Positions 19,250 through 29,880 of a stretch of 64,000 bases of DNA are shown in pieces. Within the stretch, counting starts at the first letter, position 1; the number at the start of each line of letters is the position of its first letter. The stretch is taken from assembly GCA_963751275.1 (NCBI GenBank), contig CAVVTZ010000007.1, forward strand, positions 128,001 through 192,000, given 5' to 3'. Under the pieces are notes generated by a model. It saw nothing but the letters and a program-made list of their open reading frames with translations, searched no databases and had not been told where the DNA came from. This DNA is from an uncultured Gemmatimonadaceae bacterium (GTDB lineage: Bacteria; Gemmatimonadota; Gemmatimonadetes; Gemmatimonadales; Gemmatimonadaceae). The translations under genes were made by a program, and so were the position numbers.

Positions 19250-20896
19250 TGCGAGTCTCCCTGCGACCCTTTCCTGCGAGATCCATGCGCCTGCCTGCTT
19301 CCACCCTGCTCGGTGTCGCACTCGCGGCCGCGGCCGGCGCCCAGGCGGCGCCGCATAACGCGCCGCATAACGCGCCGCGTCCATTCCCGGCGCAGCAGCA
19401 CGTGCCGACGCTCGTGATCTTCCTCACGGTCGATCAGAATGCGCGCGGACTATCTCACGCGATTCGGCCCGCAGCTCACGGGCGGGCTGGGGCGCCTCGC
19501 GAAACAGGGCGCGTTCTTCACGAATGCGATGCTCGACTACGAGTCCACCGAGACGGCGCCGGGGCATGCGACCGGCATGTCGGGACGCTTCCCGCGCAGC
19601 ACCGGGATCGTGAGCAATTCACTCGGCGTGTACGATCCGCAGGCGCCGGTGATCGGGAGCACGACGGGGTTCGCCTCGCCGTTCCGGTTCCGCGGCGGCG
19701 GGCTCACCGAGTGGCTCCGCATCAAGGATCCGCGGACGCGCGCGCTGTCGGTGTCGCGCAAGGACCGCGGCGCGATCCTCCCGCTCGGACGCACGCACCA
19801 GAACGTCTTCTGGTACGATGGGGCCAGTGGGAATTTCACGACCAGCGAGTACTACGCCGACACGCTGCCGTCGTGGCTGCGCGCGTTCAATGCGAAGCGC
19901 ATCCCGGCGAGCTACACGGGCAGCGTGTGGACGCTGCTGCTCCCCGAGAGCGCGTATCCGGAGAAGGACAGCGTGGTGTGGGAGAACTTCGGCAACGATT
20001 TCCTCTTCCCGCACGCACTGTCGAAGGACACGGCGACCGCGCTCCGCACCTTCGCCGACTCGCCGTACATGGACGCCGTGACCTTGCAGGTGGCGCTCGC
20101 GGGAATGAAGGCGCTCAACATCGGCGCGGGCGATGCGACCGACGTGCTCGCGATCTCGCTCTCGACGACGGACCAGATCGGCCACCGCTACGGACCCGAC
20201 TCGCGCGAGGTGCACGACCAGATCCTGCGTCTCGACCGGGAGCTGGGCGCGTTCTTCGACTCGGTGTTCGCGGTGCGTGACTCGATGCACGTCGTGATCA
20301 CGCTCACCGGCGATCACGGCGTGGCGCCGTTGCCGGAAGCGTACGCGATGCGCACGCACAAACCGGCGCAGCGGCTGAATCTCGCGGCCATCGCCCAGCG
20401 GTACCAGGCGAAGATCGCGGCGCTCGGCGGGGACTCCACCGATTTCTGGTTCGAGGATGCGATGCTCTGGGTGAACCGCGAGCCGCTCATCCGCGCGCAC
20501 GTGAACGTGGATTCGCTGATCAACGCGTTCGCCGCCGACGTGCGCGCGACACCCGGTGTGGCGAGCGTGATGCGGGTGGCCGATCTCGCGAAGGACACGC
20601 TGAAGGATCCGATCGCGCGCCGGTGGTACCACACCGTGCCGCCGGACTTTCCCGTGGAGCTGGTGGTGACGGTGAAGGAATTCTCGGTGTGGGGGACGTA
20701 CGCGCCGGGGATCCACGGCTCGCCGTACGACTACGACAACAACGTGCCGGTCGTCATGTGGGGGGCGCCGTTCAAGCCGGGTCGGTACACGATGCCGTCG
20801 CTCGTCGTGGATCTCGCACCGACGCTCGCCTGGGTGACCGCCACGCGGCCCACCGAGCATGTGGATGGCGAAATCCTGTGGAGCGCGTTGAAGTGA
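19249..20896 (+). CDS. Alkaline phosphatase superfamily (PafA/NPP-like) protein; frameshift at about 19438
   Basis: VDQ|MRADYL, TETAPGHAT, SRKDRGAI, TDQIGHRYGP, TGDHG, HGSPYDYD; alternative start at 19285. Confidence 0.9.
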
Positions 20897-20903
20897 CGGT
20901 GCG

Positions 20904-21518
20904 ATGAGCGTGGCACGCATCTCGGGGCCGCAGGCGCTGCACGGCGCGTTCGACGAAGCGCGCTTCGGGCCGGCGAAGACGCTCAATCTGCGGAACGCGC
21001 TGCCCACCGCGCGCGAAGCGGTGGCGCGCACCGAACCGTGGATCCGCGAGCGGCAGGCGAGCCGCGCCGGGGACCTGCTCATCATCACCGGCCGCGGGAA
21101 TCAGAGCGACGGCGGGATCGCCGTCGTACGCGAAGCGATCGTGCGGCTCTTCGCGTCGCTGCGCCGGCGTGGTGTGATCGCGCACGTGAAGGAACACACG
21201 CCGGGCTCCTTCGTGGTGACACCGGCACCGCTGAGCGCGCTGCGTGAAGCCGGACGCCGGCGGCGCGAGCCGGTGACCGCCGCGCCGGCGGACCCCAAGA
21301 ACCTGCGATCGCTGGACCCGGCCACGCTCACGCTCTTGCGGCGCGTCGCCCAGCGCGCGCTCGAGCATCTCGGCGCGCAGGATCCGGCGAAGTTCGTGGA
21401 GCGGGAGATGGTGGAGCAATTCTCGCTCATCGCGGCCGGCGTCCCCGAGGGGCCGGACCGCGAAGGCCGCCTCCGCGCGGCGCTGCAGGCCCTCCTGCTC
21501 GAGTACGACGACCAGTGA
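20904..21518 (+). CDS. Smr/MutS2-like domain protein
   Basis: LNLR..AREA..W..LLIITGRGNQS.GG..VVRE..PGSFVV resembles the Smr fold, followed by a helical C-terminal domain. Confidence 0.65.
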   Translation: MSVARISGPQALHGAFDEARFGPAKTLNLRNALPTAREAVARTEPWIRERQASRAGDLLIITGRGNQSDGGIAVVREAIVRLFASLRRRGVIAHVKEHTPGSFVVTPAPLSALREAGRRRREPVTAAPADPKNLRSLDPATLTLLRRVAQRALEHLGAQDPAKFVEREMVEQFSLIAAGVPEGPDREGRLRAALQALLLEYDDQ

Positions 21519-21558
21519 CCCGTTCCTCCTGCACGATCCACTCCCAGCCAACCCGTCA

Positions 21559-23667
21559 ATGATCCGATCCTCCGTTCGTCTCTCCGTGCTCGCGCTCCTC
21601 GCGCCGGCCGCCGCGCTGTTCGCGCAGGACCAGTCACTCCCCGGTTACTCAGGCACCGCGGCGCCGCCCGAGCGGGCGCTCGAAGCGAGCACCGCCGCGC
21701 ACATGTCCGCCGACACCGCGCGCGCCGAATCGCGCGCGCTGTCGCACCAGATCCACATCGCCGGCACGCCGGCGCAGGCATGGACGCGCGACTTCGTCGT
21801 CGCCGCGATGAAATCGTGGGGGATGGAGACCGAAGTGCGCGAGTACGTGGTATGGATGCCGCACACGACCACGATCCAGGTCTGGCGCGTTGCGCCCGAC
21901 ACGGTGGCCCTGAACCTCGCCGAGGGTCCGGTGCCGCAGGACACGACGTCGTGGAACGAGACCGAAGCCGTGATCGCCAACGGGTACAGCGGCACGGGCG
22001 ATGTGAGCGGCCAGGTGGTGTACGTGAACTACGGACTCATCGAGGATTACGCGCAGCTCGATTCGATGGGCGTCTCGGTGAAGGGGAAGATCGCGATCGC
22101 GCGCTACGGGCGGTCGTACCGCGGCATCAAAGCGCGCGAGGCGGAAAAGCGCGGTGCGCTGGGACTCATCATCTACAGCGATCCGGCCGACGATGGATTC
22201 GTGCGCGGCGATGTCTATCCCGCGGGACCGATGCGGCCCTCGCAGGGCGTACAGCGGGGCAGCGTGATGAACGATGACGGCGACCCGAGCACGCCCGGCT
22301 ATGGCAGCAAGGCGGGCGCGCCGCGCATTCCGCTCGACAAGATGGCGGTGCCGCACATCCCGGTGATCCCGATGTCGTACGGCAACGCGGCGCAGCTGCT
22401 GCGGGGACTCAACGGCGCGGCGATCCCGCAGAGCTGGCAAGGCGGACTGTCGTTCCGCTATCACGCGGGGCCGGGCCCGGTGGCGGCGCACCTGATCGTG
22501 CACTCGGACACGGCGACGGCGGCGTACAAGAAGATCTGGGACACGTTCGGCATCGTGCGCGGCACGGAGCTTCCCGACCAGATCGTGATGGTCGGCGGCC
22601 ACCGCGACGCGTGGGGTCCCGGCGCGAACGACAATGTGAGTGGCACGGTGAGTGTGCTCGAATCCGCGCGCGCGGTGATGGCCGAGGTGAAGGCGGGGCA
22701 CAGGCCGAAGCGCACGATGATCTTCGCCACGTGGGACGCCGAAGAGTGGGGACTGCTCGGCTCCACCGAGTACGTGGAGGAGGATTCGCTGCGGCTGATG
22801 CGGGGCGGCATCGCGTATCTCAACCAGGATTCTCCGGCGTCCGGTCCGCGGATCGGCGGCGGCGGTTCGCCGTCGCTCCGCCCGATGATCCGCGACGTCA
22901 TGGCGCACATCCAGGATCCGAGCGGGAAGGGCACGGTATATCAAGTGTGGCGGCAGCAGGCGAAGGTCGCCGACAGCGCACAACCGCCAATGGGCGATCC
23001 GGGCGGCGGGTCCGACTACGCGGGCTTCTACAATCACATCGGCATCCCGATGGCCGAGTGGGGATTCGGCGGCGCCGGCGGCGTGTACCACTCGCTGTAC
23101 GATTCGTACCACTGGATGGCGACGTACGGCGATACGTCGTACCAGTACCACGCGACCGCGGCGAAGGTCGGCGCGATGATGATGTGGCGTCTCGCGAACG
23201 CGGAGATCCTGCCGTACGACTATCAGGAATACGCGAGCACGATGAAGAAATACCTGCCGGCGATGGACAGTGCGCTCAAGAAGAAGGGATGGTATTCGGG
23301 CGATACGGCGCTGAGTGCGTCGATCGGGCGCCTGGGACGCGCGGCGGCGGAATTCGCGGCGGCGCGCGATGCGCAGCTTGCGCGCGGCTCGGTGTCGAAG
23401 GAGAGGGCGGCGAAGACGAATGCCGCGCTGCTGAAGGTGGAGCGCGCGCTGCTCCGGCCGGAAGGGCTCAAGACGCGCCCGTGGTTCCGCAACCTGATCT
23501 ACGCGGCGGACGTGGACAACGGCTACGCCGACATGGTGTTCCCATCGGTGGGCGAAGCGATGCGCACCGGCGACAAGGCGCTCGTCTTCAGTGAGATCGC
23601 CGACCTGGCGTCGCGCTTCGACGCGGCGACGCGTGCCGTGAACGAAGCGACGGCCGCGATCAAGTGA
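21559..23667 (+). CDS. M28 glutamate carboxypeptidase II-like peptidase (PA and TfR-dimer domains)
   Basis: VYVNYG..DY, IARYG, VQRGSV, GGHRDAW, GANDNVSG, WDAEEWGLLGSTE, YHSLYD. Confidence 0.93.
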   Translation: MIRSSVRLSVLALLAPAAALFAQDQSLPGYSGTAAPPERALEASTAAHMSADTARAESRALSHQIHIAGTPAQAWTRDFVVAAMKSWGMETEVREYVVWMPHTTTIQVWRVAPDTVALNLAEGPVPQDTTSWNETEAVIANGYSGTGDVSGQVVYVNYGLIEDYAQLDSMGVSVKGKIAIARYGRSYRGIKAREAEKRGALGLIIYSDPADDGFVRGDVYPAGPMRPSQGVQRGSVMNDDGDPSTPGYGSKAGAPRIPLDKMAVPHIPVIPMSYGNAAQLLRGLNGAAIPQSWQGGLSFRYHAGPGPVAAHLIVHSDTATAAYKKIWDTFGIVRGTELPDQIVMVGGHRDAWGPGANDNVSGTVSVLESARAVMAEVKAGHRPKRTMIFATWDAEEWGLLGSTEYVEEDSLRLMRGGIAYLNQDSPASGPRIGGGGSPSLRPMIRDVMAHIQDPSGKGTVYQVWRQQAKVADSAQPPMGDPGGGSDYAGFYNHIGIPMAEWGFGGAGGVYHSLYDSYHWMATYGDTSYQYHATAAKVGAMMMWRLANAEILPYDYQEYASTMKKYLPAMDSALKKKGWYSGDTALSASIGRLGRAAAEFAAARDAQLARGSVSKERAAKTNAALLKVERALLRPEGLKTRPWFRNLIYAADVDNGYADMVFPSVGEAMRTGDKALVFSEIADLASRFDAATRAVNEATAAIK

Positions 23668-23716
23668 TGCACGAACCGGGTGGAGCGCTTCGGCGCTCCA
23701 CCCGGCGTCACTCCGC

Positions 23717-25021
23717 TCAGAGGTCGGCCGGCGTTTCGGGCGGCGGTCCCGATTTCCGTTTCGGCGATGGCGGCGCGAGCGGCTCGAACGGGTCCGCGAC
23801 GATGGAGAGGATTCCGTCGCGCGGTGACGTGCGCGCGCGCGGACCATCGGCGAGATCGACCGGAAGTGCGACGGACCGTTCCCGGTCGGACTGCGGATTG
23901 CTGCCGCCGTCCGGGATGGTGCGCGATGGCCGCCGCACCGGCTCCGGCCGCGGCCGCTTCCCCAGATACGCCCGCGGCATGCTCACGCCCCGAAGGGATG
24001 CCGCCGGCGTCTCGCTCGCGCCGCGCCGCCGAAGGACGAGCACGGTGCGCCGCGGCGCTTCGCCGTGCGGGAATTCGCGGATGATCGCGTGGCCGAGGTC
24101 GGGGAGCGTCGCGAGGAAGGGCGGCGTCGGAACGCTCGCGGCACGCCGGATACGCGGCGCATCCGGCGACGCGACGCCGCGCGCGGCCCGCGGCACCGGA
24201 GGCGGCGACTGGCGCGGCACCGGGACGATCAGATCCAGGTCCACGGTGATGTCGACCACGGGTTCCCGTGAGCGCGGCGGCTCGAGCACGAGCAGTTGCC
24301 GGCGCTCATCGCGGCCGCCGACCGCGGCGCCCACGCCGCTGCACGCGCATCCGACATGCAGGCCCAGATCGACGAGCACCTGCTCGCGCGACATCATTCG
24401 CTGCGCGAGCTCCGCCATCGGATCATCGGCGGACAACTCCGCGAGCACGCGCCCGCCGGCGCGGTCCCGCAGCGCTTCGTCACTCGGCGAGCCGCCGGGC
24501 ATCGAGAGGGAGCGCCGGCGGTCGGGCGGGAGGATGCTCTCGAAGAATTGCGGCTGCGCGGCCGGGCTGACTCCGCGCTCACGGCAGAGCGCCAGCAGAT
24601 CGGCGGGTGCGATCCGTTCATTGATCGACGCATCGTCCGCGCCTGGGCACGCGCCGGCGTACGTGATGTGCAGCATGCGCGCGCCGTACGCGGAGCGCAG
24701 ATACCGCGCAACGGCCACGGGTGGCGCGGCGAGCGAGATCATCCACGGCGCGAGATCGTCGCCGGCGCGCAACAGCCGCTCGCGCACGAGCGGACACGAG
24801 CAGAGGATCGCCGGGTCGGCGTTGCGGTCGGCGAGCTCGCTGAGGCACGCGCCGGCGACGAGCTCGTCGCCCCAACTCGCGGGGAAGGCGGACGCGTAGC
24901 CGAGCCGCTGGCAGGCGTGGGCGAGCTGGACGGGGGTGGCGGGAAGAGCGGCGAAGACGGCGTCGGCGCCGAGGATGATGACCGACGGTACCGTCTGCGA
25001 CGGAGTGGCGCCGCGCGGCAT
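23717..25021 (-). CDS. [FeFe]-hydrogenase large-subunit C-terminal/Nar1-like domain protein with a Pro/Arg-rich tail
   Basis: QLAHACQRLGY..WGDELVA..ILCSCPLV..SLAAPPVAVARYLR..ITYAGACP follows the Fe_hyd_lg_C pattern; start assumed at MPRGATP. Confidence 0.65.
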   Translation of the reverse strand: MPRGATPSQTVPSVIILGADAVFAALPATPVQLAHACQRLGYASAFPASWGDELVAGACLSELADRNADPAILCSCPLVRERLLRAGDDLAPWMISLAAPPVAVARYLRSAYGARMLHITYAGACPGADDASINERIAPADLLALCRERGVSPAAQPQFFESILPPDRRRSLSMPGGSPSDEALRDRAGGRVLAELSADDPMAELAQRMMSREQVLVDLGLHVGCACSGVGAAVGGRDERRQLLVLEPPRSREPVVDITVDLDLIVPVPRQSPPPVPRAARGVASPDAPRIRRAASVPTPPFLATLPDLGHAIIREFPHGEAPRRTVLVLRRRGASETPAASLRGVSMPRAYLGKRPRPEPVRRPSRTIPDGGSNPQSDRERSVALPVDLADGPRARTSPRDGILSIVADPFEPLAPPSPKRKSGPPPETPADL

Positions 25022-25163
25022 CAGGGGAAGTTGGTCCGCAGGGGCACGGCGAAAATTGCCACAACAGGGGGTGCGCTGTCCAGCGCCCGCGTCTTCCCTC
25101 CGGACGCTCGATGACGCTATCGTCATGGGCCGGCGGCTGCCGGATCCCCAACGGAGCGGTGCC

Positions 25164-26115
25164 GTGATCGAGTCGGTCGTGGTGAAGGTCCCGGGGTCGA
25201 CGTCGAATCTCGGAGCGGGATTCGACTGCGTGGGCATGGCGGTGGACCGCTGGCTGACCGTGACCGTGCGCCGTGACGCGTCGGGTACATTGACGCCGCG
25301 CGTGGTGCGCCACGGCACGCTCGAATCGCTCGCGGCCGTGCGCCCCGAGCGCGATCTCGATCTTCACCGCCTTCCGCGCCGCGTGCACGGCCGCCGGCAC
25401 GCCGGTGCCGACCGGTCTCGTGTTCGAGGCGATCTCCGACATCCCGGTCGCGCGCGGGATCGGCTCGTCGGCCGCGGCGCTCGTGGCCGGCGCGGCGCTG
25501 GCCAACGCGATGCTCGCGCTGCGCTTGGACGCGCGGGCGCTCGCCGGTCTCTGCGCGACGCTCGACGGCCATCCGGACAACGTGGCGCCCTCGGTGTACG
25601 GCGGCGCGGTGCTCGCGCTCGCCGGCGATCCGTTCGTCGTGTCGCCGCTGGACGTCCATCCGTCGCTCGTCTTCATCTTCGCGGTGCCGGACTTCGCCGT
25701 GGAGACGAAACGCGCGCGCGCCGCGCTGCCGAACGTCGTGCCGCACGTGACGGCGGTGCAAGCCGCGGCACGGAGCGCGGCATTGGTGCGCGGGCTCGCC
25801 ACCGCGGAGCCGGCGCTGCTCGCCGCCGCGCTCGATGACGTGCTGCACGTGCCGCACCGCCGCGCGCTCGTGCGCGGCTATGACGCCGTGAACGCCGCCG
25901 CCATCGCCGCCGGCGCGTTCGGCGCGACGCTCAGCGGCTCCGGCTCCGCGCTGGTGGCGATCGCGCGCACGGATGACGCCGCGGCGGTGGAGACCGCCAT
26001 GGCCGGCGCCTGGCAGGAGAAGGGGATCGCCGTCGAGACCTTCCATACCGGGCGCCGCGTGCGCGGGTACGAAGTCCAATCGGTGGTGGAGTCGGCGCGC
26101 CAATGGCCGGGGTGA
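25164..26115 (+). CDS. thrB: Homoserine kinase (frameshift near 25360)
   Basis: VKVPGSTSNLGAGFDCVG, IPVARGIGSSAAA, DGHPDNVAP, TLSGSGS. Confidence 0.93.
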
Positions 26116-26140
26116 CTTCCCGCACCCGCTATCTTTCGGC

Positions 26141-27323
26141 ATGAGCCCCACGGTCGAGCCGCCCCCCAACGCGATGCAGCGGCGCATCGGCGAACTGCCG
26201 GAACTCACGGCCGAGGAAACGCTCCGCTACAGCCGCCACTTGCTGCTGCCGCAGGTCGGCGAGGAAGGACAGCGCCGGCTGAAAGCGTCGCGCGTGCTGC
26301 TCATCGGGGCCGGCGGCCTCGGATCGCCCGCGGCGCTGTACCTCGCCGCCGCCGGCATCGGCACGATCGGTCTGGTGGAATTCGACACGGTGGATCTCAC
26401 GAACCTGCATCGCCAGCTGCTGCACGGCACGGCCGATGTGGGCCACCCGAAGATCGAATCGGCGCGCGCGCGGATCGCGGCGCTGAATCCGAACGTTCGC
26501 CTCGAGGCACACGCCGAACGGCTCTCGTCGGCGAATGCGCTCGGGATCGTGGAGCGCTACGACCTGGTGGTGGACGGCAGCGACAATTTTCCCACGCGCT
26601 ACCTCGTCAACGACGCGACGGTGATGACCGGCCGGCTGAACGTGCACGGCAGCGTCTTCCGCTTCGACGGACAGGCGAGCGTCTTCGGCGCGCCGGACGG
26701 CCCCTGCTATCGCTGCCTCTTCCCCGAACCGCCGCCGCCGGGCTCGGTGCCGGGCTGCGATGAAGGCGGTGTGCTCGGCGTGCTCCCCGGACTCGTGGGG
26801 ATCATCCAGGCGACGGAGACGCTCAAGCTCATCCTCGGCGCCGGCGATCCGCTCATCGGCCGGCTGCTGCTGGTGGACGCGCTGCGGATGCAATTCCGCA
26901 CCCTGAAATTCGAGCGCGACCCGATGTGCCCGGCGTGCGGCACGCGCACGCTGCGCCAACTCATCGACTATGAGGCGTTCTGTGGCCTGGCGGCGCCCGA
27001 CGCGTCGCTCGAGATCAGCGCCGCGCGAACTCGCCGAGCGCATCGCGGCGGGGACGCGGCCGGTGCTCATCGATGTGCGTGAGCCACGCGAATGGGAGCT
27101 GGCGCGCATCGAAGGCGCGCGTCTCGTGCCGCTCGGCACGCTCGAGGCGGCGATCCCGTCACTGGACCGGACATCCGACATCGTCGTGTACTGCAAGTCG
27201 GGCGCGCGGAGCGCGAACGCGGTGCGGCAGCTGCGCGCCGCGGGATTCACCCGCGTGCGGAATCTGGCCGGCGGGATCCGGCAATGGAGCGACGAGGTCG
27301 ATCCATTGGTGCCGCGCTATTGA
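26141..27323 (+). CDS. moeB: MoeB/MoeZ adenylyltransferase-rhodanese fusion (frameshift near 27020)
   Basis: RYSRHLLL, GAGGLGSP, TNLHRQ, DGSDNF, PCYRC, CPAC; rhodanese domain IDVREP..VVYCKSGARS. Confidence 0.92.
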
Positions 27324-28186
27324 GCGACCTCATCACAGTATTCGCCGCCGCCGGCGCGTTCGGCGCATTGCTCTCGGCGTATCCGTCCATGGTCGAGCGC
27401 CGGTCGGATCGGCGACTCCCGGTCGGCCCCGATGGGATCATTCGGGGCGCGGAACCTATCGAGCTCGGCCGCGGCGGCCGGGGCGTGCTCATCCTCCACG
27501 GCTTCGGCGACACGCCGGAGAGCGTGGCGGCGCTTGCCCAGTCACTGAAAGCTCGAGGATACACTGTGCGCGTGCCGCTCCTCGCCGGCCACGGGCGCAC
27601 GTTGCGCGAGTTCGCGAAGAGCGACGCAGAGCAATGGCTTGCCGGGACACGCGAAGCTCTCGCGCAATTGCGGGCGATGTGCACGAGCATCTCGATCGTG
27701 GGTCAATCGCTTGGCGGCGTGCTCGCCACGCTGCTCGCGCAAGAATCGTCCGATCTGCACGCTCTCGTACTGCTCGTCCCGTATTTCGACGTGCCGCCCT
27801 TCGTGCGGCGGATCATGCCACTCGAACCACTCATGCAGCGGCTGCTGACCTACATCAACACGTCCGATGACCGCTCGATCCACGATCCCGCCGCGCGCGC
27901 CCGCTCATTAGCCTTCGGCGCTACGACGCCGCGGCTCACCGGCGAGCTGACGCGGATTGCCGATCGCGGACGCGCCGCGCTGCCGCAATTGCGCGTGCCC
28001 ACGCTCTACGTGCAGGCGCGCGAGGACAACCGGATCGCGCCGGCGGTGGCCGAGCGTGCCTACGCCGCGATCGGCTCGGCGACGAAGCGATTGGAGTGGC
28101 TCGATGGGACGGGGCACGTCATCGCGGCGGACTTCCAGCGCGCACGCGTGGCGCAGCTCACCGCGGAGTGGCTCGACGCGCGCTAA
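27320..28186 (+). CDS. Alpha/beta-hydrolase (carboxylesterase/monoacylglycerol lipase-like)
   Basis: LILHGFG, GQSLGG nucleophile elbow, EDNRI, GTGHVI; TTG start overlaps the moeB stop. Confidence 0.88.
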   Translation: MSDLITVFAAAGAFGALLSAYPSMVERRSDRRLPVGPDGIIRGAEPIELGRGGRGVLILHGFGDTPESVAALAQSLKARGYTVRVPLLAGHGRTLREFAKSDAEQWLAGTREALAQLRAMCTSISIVGQSLGGVLATLLAQESSDLHALVLLVPYFDVPPFVRRIMPLEPLMQRLLTYINTSDDRSIHDPAARARSLAFGATTPRLTGELTRIADRGRAALPQLRVPTLYVQAREDNRIAPAVAERAYAAIGSATKRLEWLDGTGHVIAADFQRARVAQLTAEWLDAR

Positions 28187-28710
28187 CTGAGAACGGTGAC
28201 CGTCACCTGTTCGCCGAAGCGGCCGCCGAGCGAGCGGAGGAACGTCTCCATCGCGGCATGCGTGCCGAAGACGTAGCGCTGCAGGAAGCGGAAGAACGGT
28301 TGCTGCACCGTGCCCTCTTCCGTGATCGTGACCGTGCTGCCGGTGCTGTCGGGAAGGATCTGGAAGATCCACCGGCCGCCGAACCCGGCATCTTTCGTGG
28401 TAATCGCGTTCACGACACGGTTCGGCCGGACCGTGACCGTCGCTTCATAGTCGAGGACGCCGGAACCGGCCGTCTCACGCCACGCCGTGTGGCCGTTCGA
28501 CGCGGGCAGGCGGGAGACCGATTTCACATCCTTGCGCCACTGCGGATACGCCTCGACATCCGTGATCGCGTCGTACACGGAATCGGGGGGCACCGCAAAG
28601 CGGGCGCGCACCGTCGCCAGATGATCCTGCGGCAAGCGCGCGCCCACGGTGTATGCGATCGCGACGGCAGCGACGAGCACGCCGAACAGCACGAGGATCC
28701 ATTTCAGCAT
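28183..28710 (-). CDS. SRPBCC/START-family protein with N-terminal membrane anchor
   Basis: PDSVYDAITDVEAYPQWRKDV, FGGRWIF, VTITEEG. Confidence 0.85.
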   Translation of the reverse strand: MLKWILVLFGVLVAAVAIAYTVGARLPQDHLATVRARFAVPPDSVYDAITDVEAYPQWRKDVKSVSRLPASNGHTAWRETAGSGVLDYEATVTVRPNRVVNAITTKDAGFGGRWIFQILPDSTGSTVTITEEGTVQQPFFRFLQRYVFGTHAAMETFLRSLGGRFGEQVTVTVLS

Positions 28711-28744
28711 GGGTGATCTCCCCGTGTCGTGCGCGTTCGCGCGA

Positions 28745-29074
28745 TCAAGTCACCCGGTTGATCCAGTCGGTCGTGATCTCCTTCGCCTTGTCCCGCGCCT
28801 CTTCGCCCGCTTCACGGGCTTCGCCGAAGAGCGTGCGGCCGGCATCGAGCGCGCCCTGCCCGACCTCGGTGGCGCCCATCTTCATGCGCTCCACCGTCGG
28901 CGCGAGCTTCGCCACGATCCGCTTGCGCGCGGAAGTCTTCTTCTTGGGCGCGGTCTTCTTCTTCGCAGCGGCCTTCCGCTTCGGCGCCGCCTTGCGCTTC
29001 GCCGTCTTCCGCTTCGCGGGCTTGCGTCCTTTCGCCTTGGGGCGGGACGCCTTCTTCTTCCTCTTCGCAGCCAT
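28745..29074 (-). CDS. Small Lys/Arg-rich histone-like protein with amphipathic C-terminal helix
   Basis: MAAKRKKKASRPKAKGRKPAKRKTAKRKAAPKRKAAAKKK..; GGGAG RBS upstream. Confidence 0.75.
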   Translation of the reverse strand: MAAKRKKKASRPKAKGRKPAKRKTAKRKAAPKRKAAAKKKTAPKKKTSARKRIVAKLAPTVERMKMGATEVGQGALDAGRTLFGEAREAGEEARDKAKEITTDWINRVT

Positions 29075-29236
29075 GAGAGTACTCCCGATGGATTGATGGT
29101 CCTGTGCGCCGCCGCGAGAGCGAGCGGCACACCGCCTAGTATGCATCGGCGGGCCGAGTGCCGCCAGCGCGCATGGTGGTGCAGAGCGGGGATTCCGGGG
29201 TATATTCGCGCTGTACCCAATCCCATGAGGTCTGTC

Positions 29237-29830
29237 ATGCGATCCATGATCACCGCAGTCGCTATCCTCGGCGCCGCCGCGTTCATTCCCGCGGGCTACA
29301 CGGCGATTCCCGATAAGGCGTCGGCCGACATGTCCCAGGCCGTGTACACGGCTTCGGGATCCAACTGGGAAGTGAAAACCGGCCCGGCCCACATCTTGTT
29401 CAATGACAAGGACATGGGCACCACGGGATCGGCGACGAGCGCGACGATCGAACAGCTCGCGAAGCCGATGCATCCCGAGTCCTACGGCGTGTTCATCGGC
29501 GGCAAGAATCTGGCCGACCCGGCGACGCGCACGTACACCTACTTCCTCGTGCGCGGGGACGGCAAGTATATGGTCAACGTCATGAACGGCACGAAGGCGA
29601 CGGCGATCGTCCCGTGGACCGCGAGCCCGAACGTTCCGACGGAAGATGCGAGCGGCAAGGCGACGTACGCGCTGAACGTCCACGTCGCGCCGACCGAGAT
29701 CCATTTCCAGGTGAACGGCAAGCTGGTGGCGACCGTGCCGAAGGGGATGAACCCGGTGGACGGCATCTCCGGACTCCGCATCAATCACAATCTCCATCTG
29801 ATGGTCACGCCGGTCACGGTCTCGAAGTAG
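29237..29830 (+). CDS. Secreted beta-rich hypothetical protein (concanavalin/LamG-like)
   Basis: Signal peptide; VKTGPAHIL, HPESYGVFIGG, YTYFLVRGDGKY, GLRINHNL; start uncertain (29225, 29237 or 29246). Confidence 0.7.
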   Translation: MRSMITAVAILGAAAFIPAGYTAIPDKASADMSQAVYTASGSNWEVKTGPAHILFNDKDMGTTGSATSATIEQLAKPMHPESYGVFIGGKNLADPATRTYTYFLVRGDGKYMVNVMNGTKATAIVPWTASPNVPTEDASGKATYALNVHVAPTEIHFQVNGKLVATVPKGMNPVDGISGLRINHNLHLMVTPVTVSK

Positions 29831-29846
29831 CTGCGCACGCACGGAG

Positions 29847-29880
29847 GAGCGCGCCGGCCGTCAGGCCGGCGCGCTCTTTC
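29847..29880 (+). terminator. Putative intrinsic terminator
   Basis: GAGCGCGCCGGCC-gtca-GGCCGGCGCGCTC-TTT. Confidence 0.7.

Noticed and set aside
19348..19378. 12-bp tandem repeat GCGCCGCATAAC
   Set aside because: In-frame APHN linker repeat after the signal peptide; no evidence for phase variation.
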